A stretch of 64,000 bases of DNA from Veleropilina oligotropha (lineage: Eukaryota), in assembly GCA_048128005.1 (NCBI GenBank), contig JBEUKZ010000093.1, positions 496,001 to 560,000 of the forward strand. Reading direction: 5' to 3'. The notes beneath the pieces are model-generated. The model saw only the letters and a list, made by a program, of their open reading frames with translations, ran no database searches and was not told the DNA's origin. A program made the translations under genes and the position numbers. Shown piece after piece: positions 13,736 through 25,940 of the stretch (the stretch's first letter is position 1; each line of letters opens with the position of its first letter).

Positions 13736-14500
13736 ATGTCGGACGCAGTATACCTAGTCATTGCTTGCAGCCAGAGCCTGATGCCGCTGCTACTGCTAAC
13801 ATGGTGGTTCTGGCTGTGGTACGGCTATATTAGACCGGCGAGGCGCTGTTGGAAACGCTTGAGGATGGACAGCCTTCTCGAACAACTCATGGATGACGAG
13901 GAAGAAACGACCGTCTGCGGCCTCCGCTCCACGTCCTCCGGCGAGGAACCTGTCAGTAACAGTGGTGTCGCAGGTTCCGAAGGCACGGCAAAGAAACGGG
14001 AGAGGCTTGCCGCGTTAGCCGTTGGAGGGGCCCACCGATACTTGGGGCGAAACCTCACGGTGGACCGGATCGACGACATGTCCGATGAAGAGGTCGAAAA
14101 GCACCACGCGAGGTATGAAGCGAAACTCGGTGCCGAGATGACGAAGACTCTGGGGACTGCCGCTATTCATCTCTACGCGGGGGCGGCTGGGATGCTCTTG
14201 CCCATTCCACCAGCAAACCAGCTACGACTAATCGCCGACCTGGAGGCCGACCCGTTTATCTCACATGCTCTGTGCACTGCCAGCTGTGAGCTGTATCACC
14301 AGTACGGCATGTATCTTGCCCCGCTGACCGCCGCGTTGACAACGGCTAAGCACTGCCGATTTGGACACGTCTGCCCTCCCAAAATATCGCGAGAGCGAGA
14401 TGAAGATGACAACGCCGGAAATGGACCAGCCGATAGAGAGGGTGACCCAGCCGATAGAGACGATAGAGAGGGTGACCTCTTATTTGGGGAAGGACCCTAA
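13736..14500 (+). CDS. Hypothetical viral protein with N-terminal hydrophobic segment (homolog of 34343-35101)
   Basis: 254-aa ORF conserved between the two copies (KKRERLAALAVGGAHRY, DLEADPFISHAL). Confidence 0.75.
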   Translation: MSDAVYLVIACSQSLMPLLLLTWWFWLWYGYIRPARRCWKRLRMDSLLEQLMDDEEETTVCGLRSTSSGEEPVSNSGVAGSEGTAKKRERLAALAVGGAHRYLGRNLTVDRIDDMSDEEVEKHHARYEAKLGAEMTKTLGTAAIHLYAGAAGMLLPIPPANQLRLIADLEADPFISHALCTASCELYHQYGMYLAPLTAALTTAKHCRFGHVCPPKISRERDEDDNAGNGPADREGDPADRDDREGDLLFGEGP

Positions 14501-14915
14501 AAAGGTGGCTGCAGGTCGGGCCGGTGCTGCTGCGCGGAAAGCCAAACAGGAGAGGCTACTTGCCGATGTTCGAAAACTTAAGGACGACATCCAACAAAAT
14601 GTCAGCACCGTTGTCGTTCCATCAGAACCGCCGGAGGCACAGCCCAAACACAGTGGTAATACCCCGGCCGAGGTGACCGCGGTCGAAAAAGCAGTACAGT
14701 CAGATACGCGGAAATCGGACCCAGGATTTAATTGGACCCATGGACTCTTTGCTGCAGGCGGGGTTGCGTTGCTATTTGTTGTCTGGAAACGCAGCAGTGG
14801 TCCATCCACACCACATCAACAGCCACCAACACCGGCGAGGCAGCCCCCCGGGGCTCCCCCGGCCCCAGCCACAATCGAATTGGAGACTAGGCACAACCCG
14901 TTCCATATGCGATAG
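14400..14915 (+). CDS. Hypothetical basic/membrane-anchored viral protein (homolog of 33949-34446)
   Basis: Conserved KDPKKVAAGRAGAAARKAKQE, a hydrophobic helix, and a C-terminal NPFHM. Confidence 0.75.
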   Translation: MKMTTPEMDQPIERVTQPIETIERVTSYLGKDPKKVAAGRAGAAARKAKQERLLADVRKLKDDIQQNVSTVVVPSEPPEAQPKHSGNTPAEVTAVEKAVQSDTRKSDPGFNWTHGLFAAGGVALLFVVWKRSSGPSTPHQQPPTPARQPPGAPPAPATIELETRHNPFHMR

Positions 14916-14933
14916 GTCGAGTAGCAGTACACC

Positions 14934-15173
14934 ATGACTACCCCGATCACCGATGGAAAGATGCTCGGCAACGCCGTCTATCATGCAGCTATCGTGTCTG
15001 GCCTGGCCATTGGCTACTCACGCCTGGTAAAGATGGCCTTCAAGGGGGTAAGCCCCAGACTGGACTTCACCGGTTACGACGTTGGGATGGTGGTCCTCGA
15101 CGTAGCGCTCGCCATGGTGATGAAAGATATGCTGATCAAGCAGGGCATCATCCCCGCCGACATATTGAAGTAG
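14934..15173 (+). CDS. Small hydrophobic viral protein, 79 aa
   Basis: Near-identical protein to 33684-33923 despite nucleotide differences. Confidence 0.8.
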   Translation: MTTPITDGKMLGNAVYHAAIVSGLAIGYSRLVKMAFKGVSPRLDFTGYDVGMVVLDVALAMVMKDMLIKQGIIPADILK

Positions 15174-15194
15174 TGGTGCCCTAGTCCCATCACG

Positions 15195-15626
15195 ATGGCT
15201 TCCATAGAGATGCTGGTTGGGGGCGCTCTCGTCAACGCCCTCGCCTTCAGCGGGTCAAACTTCCTGTTCTCGAAGCTACGCAGCTCCGGTGTTGATGAGG
15301 AGCGTAAACGCCACGACAAAGCCGTGGAGCAACTCCAGGCCGCTCAGACTAAGTGGTCCCAAAAGAGGGCAGAGCGTCTCGACTGGCTCAACGTCGAACT
15401 ACGTCGCCAGGGTCATGCCGTCGGCACATTCCGGGACGTTGACGCCGCGATCCGTGAGTATGCAGCGATCACCGGCAAGAACCTTGACCCCGCCCTGGGG
15501 GGTGGCCCTGAGCCCGCCCTGTCGGACTACTACACGCCGAGCGACGACCAGAAAAAGCGAGAGATCACCTTCATCGTCCTGGGGATGGCTGCGACCGGGT
15601 TGGTAGCCTACAAGCCCCTACCCTAA
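15195..15626 (+). CDS. Viral protein with hydrophobic ends and a central coiled coil
   Basis: Homolog of 33221-33652 (GGALVNALAFSGSNFLFSKL). Confidence 0.8.
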   Translation: MASIEMLVGGALVNALAFSGSNFLFSKLRSSGVDEERKRHDKAVEQLQAAQTKWSQKRAERLDWLNVELRRQGHAVGTFRDVDAAIREYAAITGKNLDPALGGGPEPALSDYYTPSDDQKKREITFIVLGMAATGLVAYKPLP

Positions 15627-15666
15627 TAAGTTCCAGTGGACATTTTTTTCGCCGGGGGCACATATA

Positions 15667-15960
15667 ATGGGGCTCCCAGAAGAGCTGTACTATGCCATGC
15701 AAGAGGTGGGCCATGCCGCTCGAAGGCACAAAATCCCCGGCCCACCCCTTGGTCCTACGTCACTCGACTGCTGGCGGCGCAACAAAAAGACTATGGTGCG
15801 GTTCGCGGTCATGGTGCTCTCCGGGGGCCCGACCAACCTACGGGCGACGACTGGGCAGCTTCCGGAGCCGGTCGCTGAAGCCTGTTGGAGACTGATCACG
15901 TTGCTGGAATACCTCGCAAGCCTCGATGGCAGCGAAGAGACAACAGCCCCTGACGGCTAA
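15667..15960 (+). CDS. Small hypothetical viral protein
   Basis: Homolog of 32958-33179 (MGLPEELY, KTMVRFAV, EACWRLI.LLEY). Confidence 0.65.
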   Translation: MGLPEELYYAMQEVGHAARRHKIPGPPLGPTSLDCWRRNKKTMVRFAVMVLSGGPTNLRATTGQLPEPVAEACWRLITLLEYLASLDGSEETTAPDG

Positions 15961-16969
15961 AGAACTCGACCGGAAGCTTGAGAATGGCTACTATAGCCCC
16001 CGAGGCTACTGGAAAGGGATCGCCGCGATAAAACATCTCTCGACCGCAGTAGATGTCTCTGAAGACGTGGCCCGGGATTGGCTGAAGAAGCAGGCCATCT
16101 GGCAAATTTATTTACCTGCGCCACGGCGGATTCCAAGACCAAAATTCGACGTCGTAACGCCGAACGAGGTTCACCAAGCCGACCTCCTGTTTCTGCCCCG
16201 TGACAGAGTGGGCCGTAAATCGTACAAGTATGCGTTGACCTTGGTCGACGTGGCCTCACGCTACAAAGAGGCTGAGCCTCTGGCCACAAAAGAGGCCAAA
16301 GGGGTTGCTGAAGCTCTGTCTCGAATCTACAGGCGGAGTCCTCTTAGCTGGCCGAAACTGCTTCAAGTCGTCCCAGGGAGGGAGTTTATGGGCGCGGTCT
16401 CCTAGCTGCTTGCTACAAATAACGTCGAGGTTAGGCGTGGCCGTGTGGATATTCATCGCGACCAAGGGATCGTGGAGCGCTTCAACCGGACGCTCGCTGA
16501 GCGGCTCTTCGGGCACCAGTATGCAAAAGAGATGCGTTTCTCAGGGACTGCAAAAGAGGGTCAAAGGTCGACTGAGTGGGTGGCCAGGCTGCCCGCCGTT
16601 GTTGCGGCCTTGAATGGGGAAGTGACCCGCCTCACCGGTAAAAAGCCCAAGGACGCCATCAAGGCGCCTCGCGTTGTACAAAATCCCTCTTCCACTGTTC
16701 CAGGCCGACAGGGGAAGGAACAGAAACTCCCCTCTGACGTAGATGTTCGCTACCTATACCAACCCGGCGAGTTGGAGGGTGGTCGCCGGCGAGCGATGGA
16801 CCCGGTGTGGTCTTTGACCATTCACCGGCTTGGACGCTCCATCACTAAACCTGACGAGCCTGTGCTCTACTACTTGCTTGATGGACCACCGCGTGGGTTT
16901 GTTCGCGAGGAACTTCTCGTGGTGCCTCGTGACACCCAGCTGCCGCCGGTTGGAGTTCTCAAGCGTTGA
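15926..16969 (+). pseudogene. rve (DDE) integrase, inactivated
   Basis: HQADLLFL and GIVERFNRTL are present. The second catalytic Asp reads Val (QVVPGREF versus QVDPGREF in copy 2) and there is an in-frame TAG at 16403-16405. Confidence 0.92.
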
Positions 16970-19900
16970 GAGCAGCAGCCCCTCTTTTTCGGTTACATTC
17001 CAGGCACGTTAAGCGCACGTTGTCGCGGATGTGGCCCCTGCTGTTGTCCACACGGTCGACACTGAACTGCAAAGTGTCTTTCGGGGCATATGCCCAGAGC
17101 AGCTCCATGTCGCATGCTGCGCAGCGGTTGTTTTGGGCTTCTTTGAGCTGCAGGATGTCATCGACCTTAAGGTTAAATCCCTGGAGTCCCTTTGCCTGGT
17201 CCTGGCGTTTGTACGCCACAAGCTTTTTCTGGACGGTCTTTCGAACCTGCTGCTTGCTCTGCTCGGTTTGGGGGGGCCTGTCCTTAGAACCCTCATCCGG
17301 AGGACAGGTTACCCGTTCGAGCTGATGCAGATACTCCACCCGGGACATGGCTAGGTAGGCGAGATTACTCCACTGAAGGTAGTCGTCGATGATCCAGACT
17401 TTCTGTGGGTCGTGAATCGTAAGACCCTGGCTCGAATGGATGGTGAGAGCATAGCCCAGGCACCAATCCGGGGTCAGGATAGACCGCTCAGCGGCCTCAA
17501 TCGTGACCTCAACGACGTCGTTGAGAACTAGCTGTTCGCTGCGCGCTGTGCCGGGGATGGTTACAGCAACGTTCTGCTTTCTGCTGTCCTTGGGGTGATA
17601 CAGGATCGGGACAGCTTTTCTGGGAAATGGTCCTTGTGCCTCTGGAGCAACAGCTCTTGAGCCCGTTCGCGGACCTTCTGACGGCTGGTGAGGATTAGGT
17701 CACCTGGCTTCCAGGTTTGGACAAACCGGTCCCATCCAAGGCAGCAGGGGAGAGCCTTACGCATTTCCTGGCACTGGAATTTGTCGGGCTGGAGACGGAT
17801 ACGTCTTTCCAGGGCTTGGAGGGCAGGGTCTTTCGCCCTGTAGTCTACTTCGACCTCTTCATAGTAGTCCGCGGTCTTTCGCAGCCACTCGTGCGGCATC
17901 TCCCCCGTAATCGGTGGTGGCTGGCCCTGGTCCCCACAGCAGATAACCTGAACTTCGTGGTGGACCAGCCAGTCCAAGAACATCTCGAGGATGTGCCTGG
18001 GAACAGTACAGATCTCGTCCCAGATAATAACGCGGGGGATGAACTTCTGACCCATGCGATCGGGCATCCAGTCGTTCTGGCCGCTCCATCGGAAGAAGCT
18101 GTGGTAGGTCTGGGCTTTGACACCCCTGGTCCGCATTTCTTTAGCGAGGCGGTGCGTTGGCGTGAACACCGTGGGATTTCTTGCCGAAAGAGCTTGATCG
18201 CCTTCGTAGTCTTGCCACAGCCCCCTCCACCGTTGAGGTAACTCAGGCGATGGTGGGTCAGTGTGTCATTGTAGCATGGCGCGGTACTTGGCTGCACGTC
18301 CTTTGCGGCACAACAGTACTCTGGCTTGGGCAGGCATGCGGCATGTTCCTGTGGCAAATACAGCTGTTCGCCCTTGTCACGCCACTGGGCCGGTGCTACT
18401 GGCGGAAGGTACGTCTCCCCGATCAGACAGGAGATGCACGATTTCTCACCACAGTCACAGAGTTGGGGGGCAACGTACGCCTTGACATCGTCGAGCTTCT
18501 CCAACGAGGCCTTCTTGAGGTAGATGCTGTCAGTGGCTACCCAGACAGCCTCCTCAGGGTTGAAACGCTGAAGCATTGAGAGGAGGTTTATGTGGGCATA
18601 GGCCAGCATCGATGCCCTCAGGTGGGTGTACTGTGGCTGCGAGCCATCATAGTACGAGAGGATGTGCCCCATAGGGCACCTTTGAGGTGCGCCGACCAGG
18701 GTACCGCTTTGGCGGGTGTCTCTTACCAGGAAGTCAAGCTCTCCCTGGTCAATCACAAGCCTTCGTGTCAGTCTTTTGCCATCAGCCTTGCTGCCCTGAG
18801 TAAATTTGCCGATGATGCTGCAGCCCTGGTCACGATTCTCAGGAAGCCAGACCTCGGTTTGCTTTTTGACCGCGATGATGGCTTCTCGGATCTTGAGGCT
18901 TCTTAGCAGTCCAGATTCTATGAGGAAGGCGAGCAGCGGGGTTGGTGCCCAGCGATTTTCTGCAAAGTGTTTTCCGAACCAGGCGGGAACGGTGGGGTGG
19001 ATTTCTTGTGCAAACTCCCTTTCCACGACCTCGGCAAAGCCAGTACCGATTTCTTGGGGAAGAGGACCGTTAATTGCGACCCGAGTCATGCTGTGGGTTG
19101 GGTGTCCGAATCTTTCGAAATATGGCTTAGCCTCGCCCTTCCCCTGAAAGCTGGCAGGGTAGCAGGCTTTCATATCGATGCAGACGACTTCTTTCGTATC
19201 ATAGCTCATGGAATTCCAAAGGCCACCATGACCATGCTCGACGCAGGCCTTCTGGATGTCATCGAGCAGGCTGGCTGGGGTAGGTTTCCAGCCGTTGTTC
19301 TCTTTGGCCATAATGCTAGCTGCATGGTTCTCGCCAAAGGCTCGATCGGCAAGAGACTCATTCCCCAGAGCCTTACAGGCTTCCTGAAGAGCGGTGTGAG
19401 TCTCTTTCGTCCTGTAAGTGTGGCCGTCTTGCAGCACGAACTGGTCCACGCTGAGCTGTCGGTCTTTACCGCCAAGCAGCCAGACAGCTAATGGCTCATT
19501 CTGTGTGGCTTGTCGGATAGCTTCCCAGACATCGCCCTCATACAGGTGGACCGCGCGGGACTGCGGGAAATGAAGGTCCTTGGGCCAGGCGTGGCCGTTG
19601 TGACAGATGAGTTCTACTGGTCTATGCCGGGAGCCCTGGTACTTCCCACTGTTGTAGATGTCCTCGCCAGCAATGTCTCTCAAGATCATCGCCCGTTTGA
19701 GGATCCTCTCCAGTTGGGCCACATCGTCGACGGAAGCTCCTGTTGCATGAACTCGCTCTTCCCACTCCTGTACTTTCTGCCGCCTTGTTGGAGTTAGTCA
19801 GTTTCCTCGCAGGGCACCTTCGAAGTGCTCAACCACTCTCTGGGCAACGCAGTTGAGATCGCCGTTCTTCATTGGAACCAGGTTGGCGGGGTTTGGTTCT

Positions 19901-20635
19901 CTGGTAGAGGCCGTAGACGACTGCAGTGACCGGGTAGGCGTTCTCGTAGTAGACTTTGTCGACCCCAGTGATAGCACCCGGCTTAGTGTCATGGGATATC
20001 TCAAAGACACCCTGGCCCTTCTTTCTCGCAGCTTTCACCGGGTCAAACTTGTCTTCGACCACCCAGTCGTCTTCATGCCACTCACGCAAGAACTTTATTC
20101 TCAGGATAAACTCGCCTTTTGGAAGGGCTGTGAGGAGCTGTACCGCCCTCGCATCTGTCATACGGGCATCCAGGGCCAGCCGGCCAGCCCTCGCTTCGAT
20201 ACCGTGTGCGATCTTAACGTCGCCGATGTTCTCTTATTCTACCCTCCATGTGGAGAAGGCCGCCGCGGCGCCATCGACCTCAAACTCGTCTTTGGCGTCG
20301 TTCAAAAGTTCCACCCATGGCTCGTCTGCTGGGAGCCTTACTGGGGGAGGGGCCTGGTCATCCAGGTCGATGAATTGTTGCCCCTCTGTTGTGGTAAACA
20401 ATTTGGAGAGGGGAATTGGGTCAAATTCCTCGACAACGGCCTTCCGTTTCCTCTCCGTTTGGTGCTGCCGCTGTGGAGGGGTTTTAATCGCAGCGCGTGG
20501 AACCAGAGGCTTCAACAAGCGCTCCTTCACTTCTTCTGGGATAGGTTCATCTAGAATGTTCTGAACCACGTCCCGGAGAGTTTCAGATGCCTGCATGTCT
20601 GCGAGCAGTTGGTCTATGTAGTCATCCACGCCATG
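16959..20635 (-). pseudogene. PolB-SF1 helicase-HNH fusion gene, fragmented
   Basis: Pieces in ORFs 20234-20629, 19829-20161, 19798-20010, 17845-19722, 17561-18169 and 16959-17348 tile the protein at 28144-31977, with several stops and frameshifts. Confidence 0.92.
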
Positions 20636-20682
20636 TTGCTGGGTGGGTATACACTATGGTGGTCATTTCTCTAATAGGAAAT

Positions 20683-20985
20683 TTACGTGTGGTAAAGTGC
20701 AGCCATGCGCAGAAACTCTCTCTCGAAGGCTCTTTTCTTTCGATGGCAGTCCTTAACGTTCTCATTCTGATACCCACAGCCCTGACACAACGTAAACCGG
20801 TTGAAGACGCCTCTTCCGCATTTGCTGCAGGGCTTTGTACCCCGGCCATTTCGCCGTTGTCGAGCCAGGTGGACTTTGCAAAACTCTCTCAGACAACTCT
20901 TACCGCATAACTCCGTGGAGCTGATGGTAAGCCATTGACAGGTGTTCGTGCCCTTCATCGTATCCTTTGCATTGGGTATACCCAT
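20683..20985 (-). CDS. Cys/His-rich putative zinc-finger protein (copy 1)
   Basis: CQW..CGK.C...CKVH...CSKC...CQGC pattern; homolog of 27802-28095. Confidence 0.7.
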   Translation of the reverse strand: MGIPNAKDTMKGTNTCQWLTISSTELCGKSCLREFCKVHLARQRRNGRGTKPCSKCGRGVFNRFTLCQGCGYQNENVKDCHRKKRAFEREFLRMAALYHT

Positions 20986-21089
20986 CGCAATGGGTATGTC
21001 TAAAAGAGAGCCCGGGCCGGTGAGGGTAACGGGCCGTCCCTACGGGCTCTTACTACCAGCACGGTTCAAACGGGCGTGGCCAACGAATA

Positions 21090-21299
21090 TCACAGAGGGT
21101 CCGCCGACGGTCTAGACAGCTTTGGACGACGGTGATTGTGTAAAACTCCCTTGTTACCGTCTTTGGTCTTCTTCTTAAAGACCGCCTGTTCACCGTCGTC
21201 GAGTTCGACGATCAAAACGTCGTAGCCTGTGTTTAAGAGGTTTATAATGCGCCTGGAGCTCCCTTTGCCGTGCAGCGTAGGAACGTCTTCCTGAGGCAT
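21090..21299 (-). CDS. Small subterminal hypothetical protein, ~69 aa (copy 1)
   Basis: MPQEDVPTL..NLLN.GY.VLIV.LD.GEQA..KKKTKDG is conserved with 27493-27693. Confidence 0.6.
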   Translation of the reverse strand: MPQEDVPTLHGKGSSRRIINLLNTGYDVLIVELDDGEQAVFKKKTKDGNKGVLHNHRRPKLSRPSADPL

Positions 21300-22349
21300 G
21301 TTGCTTTTATGTATAACTACACACCGTCTAACATACCAGTTATTTCGCACCGATTGCCCGGGGGGCCAAATAGACTATTCTAAGCTACCCTAGTTTCGGA
21401 TGGCGCTGGGAGATTTTTTTTTCCCATTCTAAAAAGTCCGCTCACCCCCCCTGCTGCTGCAGTCAACAGTTCAATTGGCAACAAATATGCATGTTACGTG
21501 GATATTTATACGAAAACGTAAAATGCATCAAACTATATGAATTATAAGATCATTATTGCTTGAACATTATTTTAAAATTCTTCATTGTATTGCTTTGTTA
21601 TTATAGTAGTCAAAATGTGTTCATTTGTTTAACAGTTTGTATATAATTTAGTTTATTATGGTTTTAATTTAAATTGTTGTTATTTTTGTTGGTGGGTATT
21701 GTAACGGCGCTCTTTATGTTAGTGATTTTTCCGCAACTATTCAGTGAGCAGGCTTTAGGAACATTATGGCTCGACAATCTGCAAACTAAGATAGTACAAT
21801 GCAATTAAAATGTTGGACGTCAACCTCGTCTCCCTGTCGATATTCTCCTAGGAGATCGCCATTTCGTCAAAGATGAGGATCAGGACTACAACAGCTATAG
21901 TCTTCCACCGTTGATCGAAAGCCACAACTCTGTCTGTTGGTGACCGAGTTCTTCATAGGCGAAGTGGATTCAAAGGTTCTCATAACTAGAGGATGTTTGA
22001 TCGAAAGAAATTTCTGTCATAGTGGAACAACCGGATTTTGAACTGGCCCTAATAAAATTCTTACAGGCCCTTCACAAAATGAACTGACCCTAACATTTTG
22101 GAAGAAAATATTATAATTATCAGGGCATGAAATTCCACAATTTTTTTACGGGCCCTTCAGTATTTTTACAGGGCCTTCACAAATTGAACAGGCCGTAGTA
22201 TTTTTAGAGAAAATATTTTATCAATAAAGAATAATTTACACTACAGGTATGCTCCTCATACAGGCCCGCCTTTGTATTAATATATAATACATCCATAGAG
22301 ATTAAATAATCAATAACTCTATAATAAATTTCATAGTAACTGTCATAAA

Positions 22350-23145
22350 GTATATATTTTACAATAGTTCATATGACCTTGACCTTTGACCCCATCTTTG
22401 AACTTGGGCATGGCCTGATGGTACAGAAGGTGCATACCGAATATGAAAGGTGTAGGTCTAGCGGTTCGTCTAGTTTCTATGTGACAGAAAGAAATCTTGC
22501 AAAAACAGAATGGAAATACACGTAAATGACCTTGACCTTTGAACTTAGGCAAGGCCTGATGGTCCAAAGGTGTGTACCAAATATGAAAAGCATAGTTCCA
22601 GCGGTTCGTCTTCTATGTGACAGAAAGCAATTTTTCATGTCAAGAATGGAAATACCCGAAAATGATCTTGACATTTGACCCAGTGACCCCATCTTTGAAC
22701 TTAGGCAAGGCCTGATGGTACACAAGGTGTATGCCAAATATGAAAAGCGTAGATCCAGCGGTTGTCTTCTATGTGACAGAAAGCAATCTTCCAAGTCAAA
22801 AACGGAAATACACGAAAATAACCTTGACCGTTGACCCAGTGACCCAATCTTTGAACTTAGGCAAGGCCTAATGGTACACAAGGAGTAAGCCAAATATTAA
22901 AAGCATAGGTCCTGCGGTTCGTCTTCTATGCGACAGAAAGCAATGTTGCAAGTCGAGAACGGAAATGACCTTGACCTTTGACCCAGTGATCCCATCTTTG
23001 AACTTAGGCAAGGCCTGATGGTATACAAGGTGTATACCAAATATGAAAAGCATCGATCAAGCGGTTCATCTTCTATGTGACAGAAAGCGATCAGCGGACG
23101 CCAGTCAACAAATATAGACCTGCCAAACAGGCGGGCCAATAAAAC
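22350..23145 (+). mobile_element. Helentron/HINE-like element with tandem internal repeats
   Basis: About five imperfect units containing TGACCTTGACCTTTGACCC and GGCCTGATGGTAC. Ends in a short hairpin (GACCTGCC...GGCGGGCC) and AATAAAA. Confidence 0.55.
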
Positions 23146-23267
23146 GTGACAGGGTACAAATCTAAGAAAAAATATTACCTTCGAAAGAGACTTATATCTT
23201 TAATTAAGTATCAATTTGCATCAGTTGAGTGGAGTTTCCTCTTCGCTGAACCTCCTTATTAATATAA

Positions 23268-23557
23268 CAGGGCTCGAAATAAGCATGGTTTTACTTGTCT
23301 CAAACAAATAAAAATTGCATAAAACCAGTCATTTTTAACACATGGTGGTCCAGTGGAATTATGATTTTTACAATACCTGCTTACTATTAGTTGTTATCAC
23401 ACACATTAGTTCATTGTAAAGTTATTATTATAGCCTATATAATATATGCAAGCTATTGATCATTACTTTATGACCAGTAAATTTAAAATTTGTCAAGTGA
23501 TTAAAATTCCTGGTGGTCCATTGGATCAGTGGTTTTAAATTTGTATTTCTAGCCCTG
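23268..23557. mobile_element. MITE with CAGGGCT termini (hAT-like)
   Basis: TIRs CAGGGCTCGAAAT / ATTTCTAGCCCTG. The flanking 8-mers TAATATAA and ATATATAA resemble a decayed 8-bp TSD. Confidence 0.6.
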
Positions 23558-23589
23558 ATATATAATAATATTGTATACCATTGTGCACC

Positions 23590-23797
23590 GTACTTGTTTG
23601 TCATCAGATCTGTACTTATTGTTTGTCATCAGATCTGTACTTATTGTTTGTCATCAGATCTGTACTTATTGTTTGTCATCAGATCTTTACTTATTGTTTG
23701 TCATCAGATCTTTACTTATTGTTTGTCATCAGATCTGTACTTATTGTTTGTCATCAGATCTTTATTTATTGTTTGTCATCAGATCTTTTTTATTGTT
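23590..23797. repeat. 25-bp tandem repeat, about 8 units
   Basis: TTGTTTGTCATCAGATCT(G/T)TACTTA repeated. Confidence 0.93.
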
Positions 23798-24571
23798 TCT
23801 AACTAAACTCTACCATCTTAATGCTATTGGTTTCACACCTGCCACCAGGACTCCATATGAATCATCATCAGGTTGGTCATTTATTCTTTCAAGATAGCAT
23901 GATTAGACATGCAATTATCTAAATCTTATGTTTTTAATCAGACTTGACCAGTGATGTCTTTCTTATCAAAGAGCTATGGAAAGGAGTCCTGTAATGTCTT
24001 TCTTATCAACACCCTTCTCTGATAACCAACCTTCATTGAAACAAGGAGGAATGATGCTTAATGTCCTGTATATTTACAACATAGAGGTTCAAGGCAGGAC
24101 ATGTCCGTGTTATCGCGGGAGGAAACCCAGGTCGCCCGGGTAAACCCGCGTCATTCTGGTTAACATATGACATATCATTTGGATCTTACTTTAAAACAAG
24201 ACTACACTTGTGTGTGACGAACACTTTAAAAACACGAACTGTGGAACTAGTTTGCTACACGTGACAAGGACTGGTTTCATGTAATGTTTGTAGCTTAATA
24301 TGCATGCTGCAAACGCAAATGAAATCGAGAACCAGTCCCTGGTGACTTCTCGCGATATTTCCGTAACTTTTGTGAGGGTTTACGTTCAATGGTTGTCGCA
24401 CACGAAGGATGGCAAACGGGCGAGAAGAACATGTTTTGACGAGGTCGGTCAATGATATTAACAGAATGGGTAAATATTTACTGGACCAGAGGGCCGGCAC
24501 CAGTGATAAATTACCAGACCTCGGCAAAATTTACCGGCAAAACCCGGAGGTCCGGCGCCAATTTCGAGCGC

Positions 24572-24648
24572 TATATATATAAATATAAATATAAATATAA
24601 ATATAAATATAAATATAAATATAAATATAAATATAAATATAAATATAA

Positions 24649-24679
<31 letters not shown>

Positions 24680-25940
24680 TGTATGTATGTATGTATGTAT
24701 GTATGTATGTATGTATGTATGTATGTATGTATGTATGTATGTATGTATGTATGTATGTATGTATGTATGTATGTATGTATGTATGTATGTATGTATGTAT
24801 GTATGTATGAATGTATGAATGTATGAATGTATGAATGTATGAATGTATGAATGTATGAATGTATGTATGTATGTATGTATGTATGTATGTATGTATGTAT
24901 GTATGTATGTATGTATGTATGTATGTATGTATGTATGTATGTATGTATGTATGTATGTATGTATGTATGTATGTATGTATGTATGTATGTATGTATGTAT
25001 GTATGTATGTATGTATGTATGTATGTATGTATGTATGTATGTATGTATGTATGTATGTATGTATGTATGTATGTATGTATGTATGTATGTATGTATGTAT
25101 GTATGTATGTATGTATGTATGTATGTATGTATGTATGTATGTATGTATGTATGTATGTATGTATGTATGTATGTATGTATGTATGTATGTATGTATGTAT
25201 GTATGTATGTATGTATGTATGTATGTATGTATGTATGTATGTATGTATGTATGTATGTATGTATGTATGTATGTATGTATGTATGTATGTATGTATGTAT
25301 GTATGTATGTATGTATGTATGTATGTATGTATGTATGTATGTATGTATGTATGTATGTATGTATGTATGTATGTATGTATGTATGTATGTATGTATGTAT
25401 GTATGTATGTATGTATGTATGTATGTATGTATGTATGTATGTATGTATGTATGTATGTATGTATGTATGTATGTATGTATGTATGTATGTATGTATGTAT
25501 GTATGTATGTATGTATGTATGTATGTATGTATGTATGTATGTATGTATGTATGTATGTATGTATGTATGTATGTATGTATGTATGTATGTATGTATGTAT
25601 GTATGTATGTATGTATGTATGTATGTATGTATGTATGTATGTATGTATGTATGTATGTATGTATGTATGTATGTATGTATGTATGTATGTATGTATGTAT
25701 GTATGTATGTATGTATGTATGTATGTATGTATGTATGTATGTATGTATGTATGTATGTATGTATGTATGTATGTATGTATGTATGTATGTATGTATGTAT
25801 GTATGTATGTATGTATGTATGTATGTATGTATGTATGTATGTATGTATGTATGTATGTATGTATGTATGTATGTATGTATGTATGTATGTATGTATGTAT
25901 GTATGTATGTATGTATGTATGTATGTATGTATGTATGTAT
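24572..25940. repeat. Compound microsatellite: (AAATAT)n then ~1.3 kb of (TATG)n with a short (TATGAATG)n patch
   Basis: Directly visible. Confidence 0.98.

Larger units (their letters stand above)
9232..21458 (-). mobile_element. Polinton/Maverick-like endogenous virus, copy 1 (inverted relative to copy 2, truncated, pseudogenised)
   Basis: Same gene order as 27154-39686 in reverse orientation. One terminus is retained (TTCCCATTCTAAAAAGTC..CACCCCCCCTGCTGCT ending 21458). The other end stops at ~9232 against host repeat DNA. Many stops and frameshifts. Confidence 0.93.
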
